Assembly: GCA_951406725.2 (NCBI GenBank)
Contig: OX597823.1
Span: 7,688,001-7,752,000 of the forward strand
Direction: 5' to 3'
DNA length: 64,000 bases
From: Octopus vulgaris
Taxonomy: Eukaryota
Both the position numbers and the translations under genes were made by a program. The notes under the pieces were generated by a model. It worked only from the letters and a program-made list of their open reading frames with translations, was not told where the DNA came from and ran no database searches. Numbering within the stretch: position 1 is the first letter of the stretch; the number at the start of each line of letters is the position of its first letter. This document shows, one piece after another, positions 1 through 13,759 of this stretch.

Positions 1-747
1 TTTAAATGTTGAAGTGAATCTAACGGTTATTGTGTGTTTCATAAATGGCTTATAAACACCTTCCATGCTGCAATTGTTTTCGTTCCAGCACACGATCTCA
101 GATCAGGTCACTTGCTATGCAAGTACATCTCTGTAGTTTGAATTTAATATTTAAAAATATCATTTGTTTGTATGTTTTACTCTGAAATCTGACTCTTATT
201 AAAAACTACATTTTAATATTGGTTTCAAACTTTGGCACGAGGCCAGGATTTCAAGATAGGGTGTAAGTCAATTACATTGACCCCTGTGCTCATTTGCTAC
301 TCATCTTATCAGCCCTGAAAGGATGAAAGGTAATGTCAACCTTGGTGGAATTTTAACTCAAACTGATATTTTAATATTCCTATCATTTTGATTTAAAATT
401 AAAATTACATACCCTTCCATTTATTTATCAAGCATTGTATAAATTAAAAATGGAAATAAAAATGAGACAGATGTGAAGCTTTATTCTATTTAGTGTAAGT
501 GAATGGAATGGAAAAATCTTTTGAATATTCTTTTGATTGCCTCTTGTGTTTGCATCTATATCAACCACAAACTTTTGCTTTTTAGAAGAAATGTGAATTC
601 TTTATTCCTTTTGAAATTAGTCTGCAAATAAACTTGAAGTAGTTGACTTTGAATTCTGATATGGTAGTGTATTCTCTGTATAGAAAAACATGAAGTATAT
701 AATATTTGGAACAAAAAATAATTATGACTACAGATGAAAAGGAAAAC

Positions 748-782
<35 letters not shown>

Positions 783-789
783 TATTTTC

Positions 790-1185
790 TTTTATTCTTT
801 TACTTGTTTCAGTCATTTGACTGTGGCCAGGCTGGAGTACTACCTTTAGTTGAGCAAATCAATCCCAGGACTTACTCTTTGTAAGCTTAGTACTTATTCT
901 ATCGGTCTCTTTTGCCGAACCACTAAGTTACAAGAGCATAATAAACACACCATCATCGGCTGCTAAGCAATGATGGGAGACAAACAATCAAACATACATA
1001 CATACATACATATATATATACATACGATGAACTACTTTCAGTTTCCATCGACCAAATCCACTCACAAGGCTTTGGTCAGCCTGAGACTATAGTAGAAGAC
1101 ACTTGCCCAAGGTGCCACGCAATGGGACTGAACCCAGAACCATGTGGTTGGAAAGCAAGCTTCTTACCACACAGTCACTCTTGCA
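790..1185 (-). mobile_element. tRNA-derived SINE family A
   Basis: A/B-box head (TGGCTGTGTGG..GGTTCAGTCC consensus), CORE-like CCTTGGGCAAGT, internal TA/TG microsatellite, AAAAGAGT tail; about 15 copies in the window. Confidence 0.85.
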
Positions 1186-2026
1186 CATATATATATATAT
1201 ATATATATATGTAAAAAAATACAAACTGGGACAAGAACGCAAAACATTTAGAAGACGATACAAAAAACACGGACAGGACATTCGAAGCCTTCAATCTTCA
1301 GTCGAGAACCGGATCATCCTCACAATTTCGGCTGATTAATCTTGCGATTGCTCCGGTCTGGCCAGCCCGAAAGGAAAATCTAAGCCAAGCGCATTAGATT
1401 CCTTGGAAGAAAGCCTCGAATGTATACAAAACAAGGACGGAAAACGGACGATGTTACACAAATGAGAATACAAAAATATATACATATATATATATATATA
1501 TCAATATATGTATCAAATGAAATAAATGAAAAACAGGACACAGAAGATGTTGTGGTACATATGTTTTGAGCTTTATAGAACACCTTATTCTTACATCAAT
1601 GCATAATCGACATAACAGATAGTTCAAAAGCCCTCTTCAGCCGCATGCAATTGCTACACCAAAGACTTGTATCACATTATGAAAGGTTTCAGAAAAAACA
1701 TTTGGTATTGTTTATAATGGTTGGTAAACCGAGTATCACTGGGAAAGTATGTTTGTAAATCTTCATAGGTGTACATGGTATTATTAGACTCCAAAACAAA
1801 TCGTCTATACTGTTTTCTCACTCAATATAGAATGAATACTGGGTAGGTTCCTTCATGTAAGGGAAGGAATTGGATGTTAAGAGAAAGAGAGAAAGGAGGG
1901 GAAGGGGAGGAAACGTTAATCAAGTTGGGATCACAAAAAAATATATATATAAATATAAATGTAATTATAAGGGATAATAAGATATAAAATATACAAAAAA
2001 TGTAAAGATGTAAAAATATAAGTATA

Positions 2027-2411
2027 TCTTTATATATAAAAGTGAAGTTGTGTGTCTGTCTCCTACGATTTAGATTCCTAACTACTCCCACATTTTGCGG
2101 TGCAGTGTAACCAAAAGCGGGTATCTTATAGTCGTGATTCATATCGAGTCCTTCTGGGTATTAGTGCACGTCTACGATGAGTCTACGATTTAAAAAAAAA
2201 TTTACCATAATTTTTTCATTTTTAATGCATTTTTTGCTATTATATAAGGGAAGTAACTCTCTAAAAATGTATTATTAAATCTCAGAACGTAAAAAGCTAC
2301 AGTAACACCCCGCGCTTTGTGGTTAGCCATATTGAGATGGCTATTATACTTTACATCTCTAAAAATGCTTATATAGTTATTTCCCTAACAAACCTGAGCA
2401 ACTACTGCTAG
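2027..2411 (+). mobile_element. Non-autonomous Helitron, family C
   Basis: 5' A|TC, 3' CTAG|T, no TSD; hairpin partly deleted in this copy. Confidence 0.8.
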
Positions 2412-3255
2412 TAAAGATATAAAGAACTTCAGGTATAGGGTCATAAATTCTAGAAATGTATTGTGAAAGTGTAAAAGGTACAAAAAATAAAAAGTAAAAA
2501 ATAAAAAAGACAAAAATAAAGATAAAGTGAAATAAGGATAAAAGGAACAAAAGTATATACAGCGGTCAGAGATGATGGGTTAAAGTTCTGATGCTGTGGT
2601 GAGTGTTGTAAATTACTTTTAATTATCGGGTGTGGGGGGGGGGGGTATAGTAGTAGGCGAGTGGTCAGTCTATAGGAGTTTGACTTTATATGCTCTAAGC
2701 CTATCTTATCTGTGTGTACGTGTGTGTGTGTGTGTGTCTACATACTTACCCACTCTCACATATATAAACCTGTCTCCTGCATCTAGTGCACACACACACA
2801 CGTGTATATATACATATATACATACATATGTACATACGCACACATATAATATATATTCCCACATACACATATATACATGTATATATATACACCCAGATAC
2901 ATGCCCATATACATAAACGTACATACAGATACATATATATACACATACATGCACGTATACATATACATATACTAACATATATACATATACACATATGCAA
3001 ACACATTCATATGGCCCCCACCTATATACACATACATATACAAAAGTACACATATGCCTACACGACCGACGTGTCCATACATACAAATATACGCACTCAC
3101 ACATGCACACACATGTACATGCCTATACAATTTCTACACACCACAACATATGACGGTAGAGGATCCCCATAAACTGGTTACAATATAAGCAAAACCGAAA
3201 ACATAATAAATAAAATACACAGATAAATAAACAAATAGAAATAAATAACTCTATA

Positions 3256-3465
3256 CTCTTTTTACTCTTTTACTTGTTTCAGTCATTTGACTGCGGCCAT
3301 GCTGGAGCACCGCCTTTAGTCGAGTAAATCGACCCCGGGACTTATTCTTTGTAAGCCCAGTACTTATTCTATCGGTCTCTTTTGCCGAACTGCTAAGTGA
3401 CGGGGACATAAACACACCAGCATCGGTTGTCAAGCAATGCTATGGGGACAAACACAGACACACAA

Positions 3466-3496
<31 letters not shown>

Positions 3497-3665
3497 CATA
3501 TATATACGACAGGCTTCTTTCAGTTTCCATCTACCAAATCCACTCACAAGGCTTTGGTCGGCCCGGGGCTATAGCAGAAGACACTTGCCCAAGATGCCAC
3601 ACAGTGGGACTGAACCTGGAACCATATGGTTGGTTAACAAGCTACTTACCACACAGCCACTCCTT
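3256..3665 (-). mobile_element. SINE family A
   Basis: Full-length match to the other copies. Confidence 0.9.
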
Positions 3666-4183
3666 TTTTTTTTTTATTTAAAAGATATTTTTTTGATTTA
3701 TTATTATTATTATCATTATTATTATTATTACTAGTATTGTTGTTATACATACATACATACAAGCATATGTAATGATAATAATAATAAGTGGATGTAAACA
3801 CATGAACAAAATAAGAATAAACAAAAACAACAACAAAAACAAATTACACGAACATATATAAACAGAAGATACAAATAATACAGGCATCCACCACACACAC
3901 ACACACACACACTAAATAAACATAGACGCACATAGAGATATAAGCATGCGCAAATGAAGACATACAATAGAAATACAAAATGACTGACGGTTAGTAAGGA
4001 GAGACACAAATAAGAAAGAAGAAAACAAAGGACCACTGATGCGGTCACAGGAGTGTGAACTCTCCGAAATAAGATTAAGATTAATGTAAAAAATAAATAA
4101 CACTGAAGCAAAATAACACCAAATATATAGTGCGTGTGTTTTTATTGGCTAAACTGGCAATATGACCATTCCAAAATACAACA

Positions 4184-4184
<1 letters not shown>

Positions 4185-4240
<56 letters not shown>

Positions 4241-4719
4241 CAGATATATGTATAGATATATATATGTATATATGTATAGATATATATATATGTATATATG
4301 TATAGATATATATATGTATATATGTATAGATATATATATGTATATATATATATGTATAGATATAAATATGTATATATATATATGTGTATAAATATGCAAA
4401 ACTAATGCATATATATAGATATATATGCATATATATATAGATATATATGCATATATATAGATATATATGCATATATATATAGATATATATGCATAAATAT
4501 AGATATATATGCATGTATATAGATATATATGCATGTATATAGATATATGTATAGATATATATGTATGTATATGTATAGATATATATGTATATATATATAT
4601 AGTATATAGATATATATAGATATATATGTATGTATATGTATAGATATATATATATATATGTATGTATATGTATGATATATATGTATATATATATATGTAT
4701 GTATATATATATGTATATA

Positions 4720-4781
<62 letters not shown>

Positions 4782-4790
4782 GATAGATAT
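4185..4790. repeat. Compound (TA)/(TG)/(TAGA) microsatellite
   Basis: Direct inspection; similar tracts at 2717-3140 and 52720-53010. Confidence 0.95.
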
Positions 4791-5552
4791 AATATATTTA
4801 TTGAGTTAGCAACAGGAAAGCTAAGTCTGAATGAAGGGTTTTCGGGGGATGTGTATAAAGCAGGTTAGAGCAAGTTCGTAATTGCTTGCCCACAATAGCA
4901 AGTTGAAAATGCAGGTACATTTTTAGTAAACATTAACCTGAATCCTAATTCTTTCCATAATTGGTTTTGAAAATATTGTAATGGAATTTAAGAATGGATG
5001 TCCATAAGAATATCGAGATTATGATAATGATTGTAGAATTGATTGAAATGTTGCTGGATAAATTAAAACCGGACAAAATCCTGTTCTAAGTCATTACACT
5101 GTATTAATTAGTACCAAGAATCTTCAGCCCTCTTTAACTCGTTGTAGAGGTTCTAATGTAGGAAATGGTCTACAAATTTCATATAATATACTGACTATTA
5201 AGCTTGCTGCAAAAAATTTATAGAATTGATTTGCTTTTGGTTAGTCTGACAAATTGCAAATGAAGTGGCACCCTGAAGAATTTACTGCACATTGACAAAC
5301 TACATGCATAGAACTATGTGTCTAATGTGACTCACAGAATATTGGCAGAATGAAAAGTTGCCTCTTAGTAAGTAAACAAATATCCCGGTGCTACAGCATA
5401 TATTGTATAGTTACTATATTTCATACATTTGGCACTATCCAATGAGTAGAAATAAATAAATAGCACGATAGATGATTTAGCAGAAATAATGTAACACAGA
5501 ACGGGTAGTAAAAGAAATGATACAATATATATATTTGCTGAAGTTTTCATTA

Positions 5553-5624
5553 AGCAGAGTGATGCAGTGAAAGCATGCTCGGCTTATAACCCAGAGGTCT
5601 GTAGATGAAACCTATGTTCTGTGA
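5553..5624 (+). pseudogene. Degenerate initiator tRNA-Met copy
   Basis: AGCAGAGTGATGCAGTGAAAGCATGCTCGGCTTATAACCCAGAGGTCTGTAGATGAAACC aligns to the metazoan tRNAi-Met pattern AGCAGAGTGGCGCAGCGGAAGCGTGCTGGGCCCATAACCCAGAGGTC..GAAACC. Anticodon CAT>TAT; A box and acceptor stem are damaged. Confidence 0.8.
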
Positions 5625-7982
5625 AGAAATGGATATTATTTTTGATATTTATACATTGCTACTGAGTTGCCTATAAATATACCAACCATATCCATGTACT
5701 ATATTTGCCAATATAGAAGACACGCTTTTTTATTTTTAAATGTATTGAAAAATTGCCTTGTGTCTAATGTAGCTGTATTATAGATGAGAGACCGAGTGCT
5801 GTGAGCTGCACGAGCATATGTTTACTCATAACAATAAGTGTGACTAATAATGACCATATTGGAAACAATCCAAAATGTCACAGTACAAACTTATGAAAAT
5901 TCACTTATGGTACATTGGCAGTTATGTGAAGAGGTCACATCAACTCCTTATACTTCCCCGGCATTCATAACCCACACCTGATATGTATCTTAAATTATTT
6001 AATGACTGAGTGTTACCTTTAAGAAACATTTTTTAATTGTTTAAATGAAAATTCTCCTTGTAAAATGAAAAGAATATTAAACTTCCATCCACTTGTCAGC
6101 TATTTGCAATGAGTGGATGACAACAAAATCATAGCAGTGGTGTGTCTTCCTGGTGGACAATCAGGGTAACACAAAATGTCATAGCCAAAAATACAAGTTT
6201 CACATCTAATATAGCAATTCTCTTGATCAAAATATAAATAACTGTACAATTGGTTTGAAAAAAGATAAAGTTGAAATATAGTATTTGTATAATATTGTTT
6301 ATGTGTGTTTTATTTATATTTTCATACCTTATTCTAGTGTGCTATGACTGTATTGTATTTGCAGGCAGAATCATACATCTACACATCTCCTACATGAACA
6401 ATTCAAAATATCTTTCAATAAGCATATGATGAAACATACTAAATCTTTTTTTTTTCCGCAAAATATACTTGTAAAATAGGGGTGCATGTTATGCAAGAGT
6501 GCATCTTTTGTGCTGCCAAATCAGTATATATACATGCTGGAGAGGGTGCAAATTATATAATACAATAAGAATTTATATAGAGTCAAGGGTCTCCAACTGA
6601 CCAGCATACACCAAAACCCAAGTAATGTAGTAGGCTGAGTGAGACGATGACAACAGGACTTTTCACTTAGTATGTGGGTTAATGTAATACTAAAAACAAA
6701 ACTCATATTTATTGTTCTGTGAGATTATGTGATAAATTTTGATACATGAGAGACCTAATTAGTGCTGGAAGTAGAATCAGTTCTTTATAGAATTGCTGCC
6801 TTTGCTAGCATCAAACAAATTTTATCTCTGCACAAAGGCTGGACTATAAGATATGTATCTCAACTATATACGATGCTTTATGAGAAGCAGCAAAGACAGC
6901 AAGTGAAGTTTTTTGGAATATAAAAAAATCAAGTATGATTCATTGGATGTGCAACACAACATTGACAGATGTTAGTGAATATCAAGTGAAAACATAATTT
7001 ATTGTAGATAATGGAAGTAAATATGTTACTATAACTTTATAGTGTTTATGCAAGATATATACTTTTCTATGTAACTATGAGTTCAAGTCCAATTATCTAG
7101 ATGTTTCACTATTATGAAAATATGGATGTAGTATAGCTTATTTAGATTTGTTAAGACATACTGTAACAAAATAATGTGGATAGTTTATAATATAGATAAA
7201 TTATATTAGCAGAACCCTTAATTAAATATAGTTCACGGTAATATAATTACATGGATATTTTTTGTTTTTCATCTTTGGATAAAATATTGATTGTTGCAGG
7301 TGGTAAAATAAGCTTAAGAACAAGAAAAATTAAACAGAAATTGCACATATTAATGAATAGGTTGAAGTTCTCATAATCTTAGACTCCAGATTTGCTTAGA
7401 CACTACTTACAATTGACAACAATGAAATCCACACTTGGTTGGAAAAAGGAGAGGAACTTTCTATTGAGAATAACTATAACAGCTAAATATAAAGCATTTT
7501 GGAGAAATCTTTATATGAGAATGAGAGAAGAAATTGATCTACAAATAGTTAAGCTAATAGGAAAACATGTGAGAAACAAATGAGAGAAAGAAAAAGAAAT
7601 GTGGAGATTAAAAACAAGGTGAAAAGAAAAAGAAAATAATTAGATAAAAAAAAAGCTACTTCTTTTGTTATTTCTACCAAATTGACTTTCAATAATGCAA
7701 ACAGCCTTTAGTCTCCTTGAATTTTGGGGGGATTTAGTGGTGGATTAGCAACAGTAAAAACAAGAACTTCAATTGGTTATAACTATTCTAGAAAATATTT
7801 TAAAATATTACATCATCATCATCATCATCATATCTATGTACATACTTTCTTCTCATGATTACAAATTACAATTTGATACAAAGAAAATTATTTTAAATAT
7901 TTTAAATGCATTTTTTCTCCTTTTGAAATACTTTTGAATTTCATCTTTTTAAAACTTCCTTTTATTCATTAATATCTTCCAG

Positions 7983-8054
7983 ATACACTGGCTCTCCATC
8001 ATCAATTCAATGGTCTTAGTTTTTCTATTGATAAGCTTTGTTGTTATTATTTTG
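7983..8054 (+). CDS. TM9SF1: TM9SF1 exon ([24 protein letters not shown])
   Basis: ttccag|ATA...TTG|gtaagt; 72 nt, phase 0/0; first TM helix motif. Confidence 0.95.
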
Positions 8055-9073
8055 GTAAGTTAATGATCTCTTTCATATCATTTAAATAATCACATTTATT
8101 TACCAGTGCTTAACTTTGTTTCAATTAGAAACTTTGTATATCATTTTTTTTTTCTTTAAAATCCTTTACAATTCCAAGAAAAATGAATTTTTAGTTTGGA
8201 ATTTTCATAACATCTTTCTCCAAAGGTCTTATAGTATTTACACCATTTTAAGGTCTTCAGATATTACTGGGTTTCTTTTAACCTTTACATTCTAATTAAA
8301 AGAATGTCATTGATAATGGCAACAAATAAGATTGAGAAATACTGATAAATGATGCACTCAAACCATTTCTTTGTTCCATTTACAAATTGGTACTCATGAC
8401 ATATCACAGATGCATATATGCATGATACACATAGTGTCCTTAAATAAATATTGCCTTACTGGAAATTATGTTTTTTCAGATAGTTCTTTATAAGTTTTAT
8501 AAAGGAGATAATATTATGTGTTCAGTATTGGGGCTGGTTCATCCTAAGGACAATTTGTGATTCATGTTATAAACTAAAGTGTATCATTTTCCTTATTGTT
8601 GAAAGTGTGCAAATGTTGGCATTTTCAATAACATTCTTCATTACTACTGCTAATTGTAGGATATTTATATGGGTTGACATTTAAGTTTTTGTTCAATTAT
8701 CTTCATGTGCAGAATATTTTTTTTTAATATGTGAATTCTATAAAATATATTAAAAAATCCAATTTGCCATCCTAAAAGAAAGTTGACAAGATAATTTTCT
8801 ATTGAACATAAAATGAGTAAAGAAATAATGCTAACTACATTAAAAAATTTTTTTCTTTTTTTAGCATAAGAAAAAGAACTTGAATGTTTGTTGTAAAACT
8901 TGATCACCTTTTCTAATCTCTGATGTACTCTTTCGACATTTTGAACAAATTAAACTTCCATATTCTAACATAAAATAAATGTACATGTTATATATGTTTG
9001 ATATACTTCAAAATTGTACCTTAATTCTTTCAAGTATTTCTAAAAAAAAATATTAGTGCAATTGATTTTATTT

Positions 9074-9108
<35 letters not shown>

Positions 9109-10030
9109 ATATATATATAATACACACTATTCATTTTAATGGTGTATTTGTATCAACTATGATATTTTTTTCAGTATTCTAATGGATGGGGGAGCCCCTA
9201 GCATAAAACAATTCCAAATACTTTCTTCTAATGACATTAAGCTGCTCGATTTTGAGCAATAATATTTATTCAAATGAAATTTTACTTGCAAGAATTCGTG
9301 TGAGTGTGGCAAAGTATAGGGATGTTTTTGGAATTTGTTTTTATATATAATTTAACTGGATCTTTCTGTCAAAGATTATATCTTGCATGCTTTTAACTCT
9401 TTTATAAATATATAAATGTGTTTCAATTAGATTTTCATATATTTAAGATTTTTTTAAGGATTTAGTAGAATATCTTTAACTTTATATATTTATATTATGA
9501 TGAGATTTTGATTAAGATTTTGTTCTAAATGTGAGCACTTTAGTACAAATGATCTTAGTTGGGCTGTTATCAAAAGAATAAGTGATGTGTGTGATACCAC
9601 CCATCACTCAACATGTTTACAACTAGAAAGGGTGATCCAGCAAAATTGGTGCCTATTATAAGACGAGGAGTTATTTGAGACAGAATTTTACAGTCAGGTG
9701 CTCTTCATGTTGCCAACCCTTACCACCTTTATCAAGCAAGGTTGTTCTTTTATTTCATTTTTAAGGTCTTCAAAGGGATAGAGCAGTCAGTCATAATGTC
9801 AAAAGAAAAGCAACATCAGTTTTACACAAGCGGTACCAAATATTGAATGTCAATAATCATACCACACACATATAGACTCAAGTGTGACTGTGTAATTAAG
9901 AAGTTTGCTTCCTAACCATATAGTTCTCGGTTCAGTCCCACTCTATGGTACCTTGGATAGGTGCCTTCTATTATGGCCCTAGGATTACCAAAGCTGATAT
10001 ATAATACATATGAAGCCTGTCATATATAAG

Positions 10031-10077
<47 letters not shown>

Positions 10078-13000
10078 CCTCTTGACATCACGTGGTAGTT
10101 GTAAATGAGTGTCACCATCATACAAGCAGTGTCTTTCATTTCTAATCTTCTGTGAAAATATGTCTGGCCATGAGGAAATATGATCTCACTTGTTTACAAG
10201 TGAGAGTTCATATTGCACTATTTTACTTTTTGTCTGCAATTGAACAGGCTACACAGTTTAACTTGACTAGACCTGTTAACTTGCCTTAAGCTTTTGTTAT
10301 TTTCAGCTAGGGACACAGACTATATGTTCTACATTCTTGCTTTCAGTCATTTATCCTCTTGAGTCTGACCTTACTTAGGTCATGGTGTGCAGTGAGAAAG
10401 TTTACTTGGCTCAGTGCATCCAGTATGCCTTTCACCATTTGTTGTATTACTCAGTTGTTGTATTACTCAGTTGTTGTACTACTCAGTAATCACTCACAGC
10501 TACTGTGCCAGACACAGGCACAGTGCTTCTGCATTTTTCAAAGCATCTACTAAATTGTATACACTTACTAATAGAAATCTTCCTATTATACCACAGGCAG
10601 TGAATATTTTTTCCTCAGTTCCTTGCAAGGAAAATTGGTAGCTGCACCTGAGTTTTAGCAATTTGAATAATGATATCAGCAAAAAGCTGGCCAATGAAAT
10701 TATATGTAAACATGTCATGGATTTTTGAGTGACAATGTCATCACAACTCTGTCCAATTAGATTTGTTCTGGTGCATATAAAAGCGACCAGATAAATAAAG
10801 AAAAAACACAACTTGACAAGCAGGGATTTTGTTTGTCAGGAGTTTAGCAACATGGTCAGCAAATTCTTTCATTTGACAGTCTGTACTCTTATGACTATCA
10901 AAATGCTGTGTTGTAAAAAGAACTGTCTTCACTAACACTAGCGCGTTCACAACTTTCATATGCAAGCTCTTGTACCTCTCTGATGCACATTTTTCTCTCT
11001 AACATTACTTTGTTGTTTTCTTTTCTTGGAGTCGAAGTGTCCCATACAGGCTTTTAATAGTAAAATAGATGAATTGAAACCAAATGACTGTTCTCATTCA
11101 TCCATCATATTCTTAAAGATTATATGAAAGGAGAACTGTTTGCCTGTACCTGAATGTTAAACAAAGTAGCAGATTGCCAATTTCCAGTTATTTATAATGA
11201 AATTATGTATTTTAATATGAAAATATGTATTATAATTACGATTATGGAGCTACTATTTGAGAGTATATGATTATAGAAAAGAGGTTGATTTCACCACAGT
11301 TTCTACTTTTTCTTGCCACTGAACCATGTTAGCTAATGATGCAACATTCTGTATATACCACATCCCACATTTTATACATACTCATGGGTTTCCATCTTGT
11401 TTAACCATTGTGTGATTGTAACACCAACATGTGGAGTCTGAGTAGCTATATGCTTTAAAGCCAAAATTTAAAATCTCTAATTGACCTAACATACATAGAA
11501 ACAACACTTAGCATGACTATAAACATATCAGTTACTAGTTATTTAAACTTAATTGTTTCTTTCTCTTGTATTCATCAGTCTTGATGTCAGAACTCATAAC
11601 AATTTTGGTTGGTAAAGTGTATTGACTTAAGCTGGATTAGTCAATACACTATACCATTTTCCTACTCTATTCCTGGTTAGTAAGAATACTGTTGGGCTTT
11701 GTTTAGGAACCATCATTAATTTTTAAATAACTTTAAATAATGATGTAACAAGAATCTTTATAATTTCTAAATTCTTTCTAAAAGATCAATTAAACACACA
11801 CCCTCTCAGGAGAGTAGAGGGTATCTTTTCTAGCAGTTGGAATAGGGTTATATTACAATGGCAAGCTTAGATTGTGTGTCCTAAGAAATAATACACTTCT
11901 TATCTATTTTTGTATGTTGAATTCAACACATTTTCCAAGTTTCTCTCCCATCCAATGTTTTCTTGCTCCAGTATATGTCACTATCCATAATAACGCAAAA
12001 CAAGAACGGTCAATTATCAAAACTGATTTGTCCTCCAAAAAGCTGATGCCAATAAATCAGCAAAACGGTCAATTACTGATTGTCTGTCAATTTAAGTGGT
12101 GCAATCTTAGGTTATGTATCACCCTAGGAGGCCTTTATTTCATTTGAGTTTAAGTATGTTGGAGACTGCAACTGAAGGGAATTTGATCAGAATTTCATAC
12201 TTTCATGCAATAGTAGACACACTATCAACCTTTGTGTCAAAATTATGGCTGCCATAGCATTTGGAACTTAAATAATACATAATTGAACTGAATTTAGAAT
12301 CACTGAGAGTACATAAGTAATCTTTATATATAAAAGAGAGGTTGTGTGCTGTCTGTCTCTTACGATTTAGATTCCTAACTACTCCCACATTTTGCGGTGC
12401 AGTTTATCTTATAGTCGTGATTCATATCGAGCACTTCTGGGTATTAGCGCGCATCTACGATGAGTCTACGATTTTAAAAAATATTTACCATCAATTTTCC
12501 CCATTTTTAATGCATTTTTGGCATATAGAAGTGAAGTAACTCTCTAAAAATTTATTATTAAATCTCAGAACGTAAAAAGCTACAGTAACCACCCCCCTTT
12601 GTGGTTAGCCATATTGAGATGGCTATTATACTTTACATCTCTAAAAATGCTTATATAGTTATTTCCCTTACAAACCTGAGCAACACCGGGCGTTACTGCC
12701 AGTTTTTCATAAAATGGAATTTAATTGGAACTTAAAGCAAATTTTATGAAGTAATATTTGTGTCATATGAATATTTATTTGGTAATATTGATAAGAGAAG
12801 AAAAGTAACATTGAGCTAAATACATATGTTTAAATGTTTTTGCATCTTTAGACTCGTGTCCTGAAGAGTGATTTTGCTCGGTATAACATAGATGAAGATG
12901 ACAGTGAAGATTTGGACCAAGATGAGAATGGCTGGAAGATCATCCATACTGATGTCTTCAGATTCCCGGTGTGTAAGAGTCTCTTCTGTGCCATTTTGGG

Positions 13001-13728
13001 TAAGTAGATCTTCATTCTATTTACTTTAGTTGCTTCTGAATTCAATACCAGGTGCATCTCATAGTGTATAATATATTTTTGTACTGTAAACCTATTAAAA
13101 ATTGGTTAGGATCTTAAACTGATTTTAGAAGATATTTGTATGTGTAATGATAATGTAAAATCAGGGCAATTTTAAATTATTGGCTCATATGCACAACACA
13201 GCATAATTTAGAAGAACTACCAATTTAAATATTATAAAGCCTCACTGTGGATGTAATGATAATGTAAACTCATTCTTTCTCTGCTGTTGATGTGAATAAA
13301 ATGGAGCGAGTCTCTCAGGAGACCATCTTACTGTTCTTTGACTTCTCCCCAGAAAAGATGCAGTTGGCTTTCTTCCCCAATGAGCAGCACAGGTCATAGC
13401 ATTAGAGATGATCTTTCAGTACAAGTACCATAACTGCCAATTATAAACCCACGTGGGTTTATTTACATTTCTGAAGAAAAAAGAAACCCTTTTCCCCTAA
13501 CCCTAACCCCACAAATATAAAAAAAAAAAAAACTTTACGGAAAGTGACGATCTTCTTCTTCAAAAGGCGCAGGCATGGCTGTGTGATAAGTAGCTGGCTA
13601 ACCAACCACATGGTTCCGGGTTCAGTCCCACTGCGTGGCATCTTGGGCAAGTGTCTTCTGCTATAGCCCCGGGCCGACCAATGCCTTGTGAGTGGATTTG
13701 GTAGACGGAAACTGAAAGAAGCCTGTCG

Positions 13729-13759
<31 letters not shown>

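Noticed and set aside
2632-4868. Many Y/I/C/V/H/T-rich ORFs
   Set aside because: They are translations of TA/TG microsatellites.
1-7982. Upstream TM9SF1 lumenal-domain exons
   Set aside because: No exon with credible splice sites and family similarity was found by eye; it probably lies upstream of the window.
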